Source: Eledone cirrhosa
Lineage: Eukaryota
Reading direction: 5' to 3'
Length of the DNA stretch: 64,000 nt
Assembly (NCBI GenBank): GCA_964016885.1
Contig: OZ024752.1
Coordinates: 48,670,001 to 48,734,000 of the forward strand
The notes under the pieces were generated by a model. That model did not search any database. It was not told the origin of the DNA and saw only the letters and a list, made by a program, of their open reading frames with translations. Shown here in pieces: positions 56,708-64,000 of this stretch; position 1 is the first letter of the stretch, and every line of letters begins with the position of its first letter. A program made the position numbers and the translations under genes.

Positions 56708-57854
56708 TCTCTCTATATATCTCTCCTCTATATATATATATATCTCTCTCTCACCTCTCTCTACATATATATCTCTCTCTCTCACCTCTCTCTATATATA
56801 TCTCTCTCACTCTCACCTCTCTCTATATATATATCTCTCTCGCTCACCTCTCTCTATATATCTCTCTCTCTCACTCTCACCTCTCTCTCACCTCTCTCTA
56901 TATATCTCTCTCTCTCACTCTCACCTCTCTCTATATATCTCTCTCTCTCTCTCTCACCTCTCTCTATATATATCTCTCTCTCACCTCCCTCTCTCTCTAT
57001 ATATATATATCTCTTTCACCTCTTTCTCTCTCTCACCTACATATATACATATATACCCCATTCATATAACTTCCACTATCACCAACCCCTCCACCTCCGC
57101 CTACCACCTACACCATCACCTCCATCTCCCCCTACAATCTACACACAATTACCTCGACCCCACCTGCCCTACCACCTACATCACCCCCCCCTCCACCCCC
57201 CCCCCCCCACATCATCACCCCCCATTACCGCTATCACCTACACCCTCCCCTCCACCATCATCACACCTCCTCCTACCACTTGCACCCCCCCATCACCCCC
57301 ACCCGCATTACCACTGTCAACACCCCCCCGCACCTCAACAATAATTCCCCTCCACCATCACCACCTACATTATCACTACCAGCACCCCCCCCTACACCAT
57401 CACCCCACCCCCATTACCACTGTCAACACCCCCCCGCACCTCAACAATAATTCCCCTCCACCATCACCACCTACATTATCACTACCAGCACCCCCCCCTA
57501 CACCATCACCCCACCATCACCCCACCCCCATTACCACTGTCAACACCCCCCTCGCACCTCAACAATAATTCCCCTCTACCATCACCACCTACATTATCAC
57601 TATCAGCACCCCCCCGCCACCTACACCACCACCCCACCCTATTACCACTGTCACCCCCCCCCCCATCATCACCATTACCATCAGTACCTCATCAGACTTG
57701 TTACTATTACTCATGGCATCCTTGTATTATTACTCAAGAGAGGTGGGCGTGGTGGGAGAGATGGAGAGATGGAGAGCGATAGAGAGAGTGGGGCGGGGGA
57801 GGGGCGTTGGTAGATTTATTAGAGGAGCAGACAAATGTTTTGTTGTATTTCTTA

Positions 57855-57998
57855 TGGAGGTTCAAATCCCAACAAGGTCAACCCTACTTTTCATCCTTCC
57901 GAGATTGATAAAATAAAGTACCAGTAATGCACTGGTGTCGATTTAATCAACTTTCCCCTCACCTAAATTTCTGGGCTTCTACCTAAATTAGAAACAAA
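57855..57998 (+). mobile_element. Older SINE A (long variant) fragment
   Basis: GTTCAAATCC B box plus tttcatccttccgagattgataaaataaagtaccag. Confidence 0.7.
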
Positions 57999-58333
57999 TA
58001 TTTTTCATGGCATCACCTCCAATGTCTCTCTCCCTCTCTCTCTCTATCAATTTATCTCTATCCATCTATCTATCTATCAGCCTGTAGGTTGAGGAAAAGG
58101 AGGAGGAGAGGAAAGGAGTACAAACTCTTCGTACTCCTGGAGATGAGGGTTGCACATTTTTTCGGGGGGTATGTGTTACCCATATGAACTGTCTCCCCCT
58201 ATTGGGGAAAATCGACTAATTTTTTAAATTGCATTTGTGAAAACATTTTACACGTTTTTATTGTATGTAAACTTCCCCCTTTGTATTTGTCCCCTTCTTT
58301 TGTGCCCCTGTGGCTAATAAAGAAACATATATA

Positions 58334-58614
58334 TCATCGTCATCATCATCATCATCATTTTACGTCCGCTTTTCCCTGCTTGCAAGGGTGGGACGGGTCT
58401 TATTCAGCACAGCATCTCTCCACTCGTCACGGTCCTTCGTCATCTCCACCGTAAGCTTCAATGATCTGAGGTCTGTTCTCACCACCTCCGCCCATGTTTT
58501 TCGTGGTCTACCTCTACCACGTCTTCCTTCAACTGGCATTTCCTGGCACTTCTTCACCCATCGGCCATCCTCCATGCGCATCACATGTCCATACCACCTC
58601 AGTCTCCTCTCCCT
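58334..58614 (-). mobile_element. RTE LINE 3' end, intact frame
   Basis: RERRLRWYGHVMRMEDGRWVKKCQEMPVEGRRGRGRPRKTWAEVVRTDL...DRDEWRDAVLNKTRPTLASREKRT* then (TGA)n. Confidence 0.9.
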
Positions 58615-58636
58615 TATATATATATATATATATATT

Positions 58637-58888
58637 CAATGATATTAAATAAATGGAAACTATATTTATAAAACCATATTTATTCTATTATATATATTTC
58701 AAGGGTACCAAAAATTTTGGTGCACTATCATCAGATAAAATACAAAATGTTTTATAAATATTTGACGTAACCAAGGATAATATACCTTAATGGTTCAAGT
58801 TATCCTTGGATAATTAACTTGAACCGTTAAGGTATATTATCCTTGGTTATGTCAATATTTATAAAACATTTTGTATTTTATCTGATGA
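58637..58888. mobile_element. Head-to-head PLE-like element family a, right arm truncated at CTGATGA
   Basis: Arms 58728-58802 and 58815-58888. Confidence 0.75.
58681..58742 (-). ncRNA. Type I hammerhead ribozyme (family a variant)
   Basis: Minus: tattttat-CTGATGA-tagtgcaccaaaa[t]ttttggtaccctt-GAAA-tatata-TA^atagaata. Confidence 0.75.
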
Positions 58889-58899
58889 TGATGTTAAAA

Positions 58900-59290
58900 G
58901 TGCATGGCTTAGTGGTTAGAGAATTGGTCTTGCAATCGAAAGGTTGTGAGTTCAATTCTCAGACCGGGTGATGTGTTGTTTCCTTGAGCAAGACACTTTA
59001 TTTCAAATTGCTCTAGTTCACTCAGCTGTAGAAATGAGAGGATGGGGACTGGGGTCCCTATCATTCCACTGCAAAGTGGTTGTGGAGGTGCCATGGCAAA
59101 AAAAGCACCCGGCACTCACTGTAAATGAGGTTGGTGTTAGGAAGGGCATCCAGCTGTAGAAATCAAGCCAGAATCAGTTCCCGTATGAGCAAGACAAGGT
59201 CAGCCAACCGGTCACCGCCCACAACAGGACAACCCCTCTAACCCATGCTAGTGTGGAAGAACGGACATAAAACGATGATGATGATGATGA
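58900..59290 (+). mobile_element. CORE-like SINE family B, long-tail variant
   Basis: Head and CORE as at 11919; tail as at 8030-8140. Confidence 0.85.
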
Positions 59291-60771
59291 CAATGACAAC
59301 AAAAGAGAGTAAGACAAGTCAGAACGCTACAAACCACATAATACAACAATACAACTAAAAGTTGATATATAAATTTTACTGTTATTTTAATATTTCTTTC
59401 ATATTCTCTTTCTTATTGTTCTTATTATTGTTATTGTCCCCTACATGTCAGCCCTTGGGGCCAATAAATGAAATCGTTATTGTTATTATTGTTTCACCTT
59501 GTTTTTTTCAATGTTTTTTTTTCTTTATTAGATTTGGAATGATTTTACTGTTTGTTTTTTTTTTTTTCATTTGTTTTTATTCACTATTGTTATTTTATTT
59601 ATCAATCTATATGTTTATTGTTCATTTTTTTTTTCGTGTTTGTTTTTTGTTAGATTTTTTTTGTTTAATCTTACTCAATGAACTGAAAATATGTAAAAAA
59701 AAATATGATAAAGAATAAAAAAAATAAAGAATAAAAATATAAAAATAAAAATATAAAAATAAAAATATAAAAATAAAAATATAAAAATAAAAATATAAAA
59801 ATAAAAATATAAAAATAAAAATATGCAAAAAATAAAGATAAAAAATAAAAATATGTAAAAAAATAAAGATAAAAAAAATATAAAAATAAAAATATAAAGA
59901 ATAAAAATATAAAATAAAAATATGTAAAAAATAAAAATACAAAAAATAAAAGTATAAAAAAAAAAATGGTTGCCTTATGGCTGCCAATCACTTCCGCAAC
60001 AGCTAGTCTAACAGAATATATATACATCCCTTTACAAAGGTCCAGTATCAGGAACAAAAAAAGAGTATATACACACACATGTGAGTGTGTGTGTATACAT
60101 GTGAGTGTATGTATATACATATACACACACACACACACACACACATGCATATATATATATATCTATATATATCTATATATCTCTCTCTCTATATATATAT
60201 ATATCATCATCATCATCATCATCTTCGTTTAACGTCCATCTTCCACGCTATATATACACATAGATATACACACACACACATGCATGTCTCTCTCTCTCTC
60301 TCTCTATATATATATACATAGAGAGAAAGAGAGAACGATAGAGAGAGAGAGAGACGTGTGTGTCTGTGTATATATATAATATAATCAATCTGATGTCCCA
60401 AATAATTAGACAAACATAAAAAAAAAGAAGTAAAGCTGGTCCCCCACAACCATCCATTTCCCTACTTACTCCAGAAAAATAAAATAAAAAATTATAAAAA
60501 CTAACAACAAAAAAACCTTTAAAGAAGCTCCCCCCCCTCCCCCCTCCATCCCGCCAACAATGAAATAAAATGGTTTTATTGAAAGTAGCATGTAGAATGT
60601 AGGAAGTAATGATCTGGTAGACAACAATGTCAGAACATAGTTTGGCATTGTTATATTGGCACTTGTTAAACACTGAAATATGAAAATGGAAGGGTTAACA
60701 AAAGGAGATATATATATATATATTCATTCAAAATATTAACAAAAAAAGGAACTTCATTTATGATCAAGTAT

Positions 60772-60836
60772 ATTTTATTATACATATTTCAGAGGTACTG
60801 AGCTAACTTCAACAGTACGTCCTCATCAGATAAAAT
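60772..60836 (-). ncRNA. Type I hammerhead ribozyme (family n, minus arm)
   Basis: Reverse complement of 60931-60995. Confidence 0.85.
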
Positions 60837-60930
60837 TGACATAGTAGATGGTTAAGATCCAGTCATGGTAGTGACTACCATGACTAAATCTTAACCATCT
60901 ACTATGTCAGGGTATGTCGTGCATCATCTT

Positions 60931-60995
60931 ATTTTATCTGATGAGGACGTACTGTTGAAGTTAGCTCAGTACCTCTGAAATATGTATAATAAAAT
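60931..60995 (+). ncRNA. Type I hammerhead ribozyme (family n, plus arm)
   Basis: attttat-CTGATGA-ggacgtactg[ttgaagttagct]cagtacctct-GAAA-tatgta-TA^ataaaat. Confidence 0.85.
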
Positions 60996-61180
60996 ATACT
61001 TGATCATAAATGAAGTTCTACTTTTGTTAATATTTTGAATGAATATTAATAACTCCGGAAAACCACTTCCAATCTATTGTAAAACTAATTCTTTGATTTA
61101 TTCATTGAACCTTGTTTAACCTTTAAATATATATATATATATACGTGTGTGTGTGTGCATATATATATATTTATATATAT

Positions 61181-61355
61181 AATCGGGGGGTAACCACAGT
61201 AAGTAAGGTACTCAATACATAGCAGAGTATAAATATTTAATATAGAAAAGCTTCTACAGGACTAGAACTGTTTCATTCGTGAGAAATCATCAGGAGCTTC
61301 CTGATGATTTCTCACGAATGAAACAGTTCTGGTCCTGTAGAAGCTTTTCTATATA
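61181..61355. mobile_element. Fold-back PLE-like element family i with two HHR cores
   Basis: Arms 61241-61295 and 61299-61353; tail on the minus strand at 61181-61240. Confidence 0.8.
61295..61345 (+). ncRNA. Type I HHR (family i), U10.1·U11.1
   Basis: agcttc-CTGATGA-t-ttc[tcac]gaa-t-GAAA-cag[ttctggtc]ctg-TA^gaagct. Confidence 0.8.
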
Positions 61356-61535
61356 GGCAGTGGATTGGCAGTATCGGTAGAGGGTCAGACGCCATGCTTT
61401 CCAGCATAGTTACGTCCCTTTACGATCTGAGTTCAAATCCCGCCGAGGTTGACTTTGCCTTTCATCCTTACGGGGTCGATAAAGTAAAGTACCAGTAATG
61501 TACTGGGTTATTGCTTGCCTTCTGCCTAAAGTAGA
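61356..61535 (+). mobile_element. SINE family A
   Basis: A/B boxes, core and tail present. Confidence 0.85.
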
Positions 61536-61634
61536 TGATGTTGATGATGACAATGACGACGGTGATGATGATGATGATGACAATGATGATAACTTCAGTA
61601 AGAGAACACTACTCTGTTTCACCTATTACCAGCG

Positions 61635-62080
61635 ACACTATACATAGGCAGCAATAAGAAGAATATAGGCAACACTATACATAGGCAGCAATAAGAAGAA
61701 TATAGGCAACACTATACATAGGCAGCAATAAGAAGAATAAAGGCGACACTATACATAGGCAGCAATAAGAAGAATATAGGCGACACTATACATAGGCAGC
61801 AATAATAAGAATATAGGCGACACTATACATAGGCAGCAATAAGAAGAATATAGGCAACACTATACATAGGCAGCAATAAGAAGAATATAGGCGACACTAT
61901 ACATAGGCAGCAATAAGAAGAATATAGGCAACACTATACATAGGCAGCAATAAGAAGAATATAGGCAACACTATACATAGGCAGCAATAAGAAGAATATA
62001 GGCGACACTATACATAGGCAGCAATAAGAAGAATATAGGCAACACTATACATAGGCAGCAATAAGAAGAATATAGGCAAC
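61635..62080. repeat. 37-bp minisatellite, about 12 copies
   Basis: Unit acactatacataggcagcaataagaagaatataggc(a/g). Confidence 0.9.
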
Positions 62081-62167
62081 AACAACAAATTACAACAACT
62101 TTTGTGATTTTAATTATTAAAATTCTTAATGTTCATCTCTTTCTCTTTAAATTTAAAACAAAAGAGT

Positions 62168-63580
<1,413 letters not shown>

Positions 63581-64000
63581 ATAACCCAAACTACATTCAA
63601 TCACACAAACTTATACACACTTTAACACATACAGGCATACACACAGAGACACCGACAGACAGACAAATCACAGAAGCCCATGCGAGAAGCACCTAGAGCA
63701 AGTTAATCACCTACCAATTCTAATATCTGGAAATTACGTTTCTTTCTGTGGCATAGTTTAATTGTTCTCCTTTTGTGTTTCATCTGTATTGTATGTGATT
63801 GACTGATTCACTGCGAACCTATTCTTTGGTATTGTTTGGTTCATGGATATTATAGAGAAAAATGTGTAGAAAATATAGAGAAATATGTATGTTTGTATGG
63901 ATGTATGCATGTATGTCTATGTATGTAGGTATGTGTATGTGTGTATGTGTGTGTGTGCATGTATGAGTGTATATACATATGTGTGTCTATGTATGTGAGT

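Larger units (their letters stand above)
60720..61128 (+). mobile_element. Fold-back PLE-like element family n with two complete HHRs
   Basis: Outer arms 60720-60836 and 60931-61046, inner hairpin 60837-60909, tail to about 61128, (TA)n on both sides. Confidence 0.8.

Noticed and set aside
55271-62080. CRISPR-like regular repeats (17-bp and 37-bp arrays)
   Set aside because: No unique spacers, no cas genes, and a eukaryotic context; these are tandem minisatellites.

Overview
Non-coding, AT-rich eukaryotic DNA, most consistent with a coleoid cephalopod (octopus-like repeat content; inferred, not proven). I find no supportable host protein-coding exon, and nearly all listed ORFs are microsatellite read-throughs. 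The window is a mosaic of huge micro- and minisatellites, two abundant tRNA-headed SINE families (one CORE-like with an RTE-type 3' tail, one with a Meta/MESC-like core), 3' fragments of RTE, RTEX-like and CRE-like LINEs, piggyBac-type MITEs and a 200-N gap. The main signal is a dense set of short (about 100-500 bp) elements embedded in (TA)n tracts, from at least 7 sequence-unrelated families. They carry type I hammerhead ribozyme (HHR) motifs, about 14 complete or near-complete plus several half-ribozymes. Most are head-to-head inverted duplications with one tail-less arm ending at an internal TA and one arm carrying a 3' tail. They look like non-autonomous Penelope-like (PLE) ribozyme retro-insertions. 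Notable features are non-canonical cores (U3-A8 covariation, U10.1·U11.1), inversion centres sitting in HHR stem II, and a shared T(A/G)TYGAGTRC tail motif. All structures were read by eye; no folding or database search was run.
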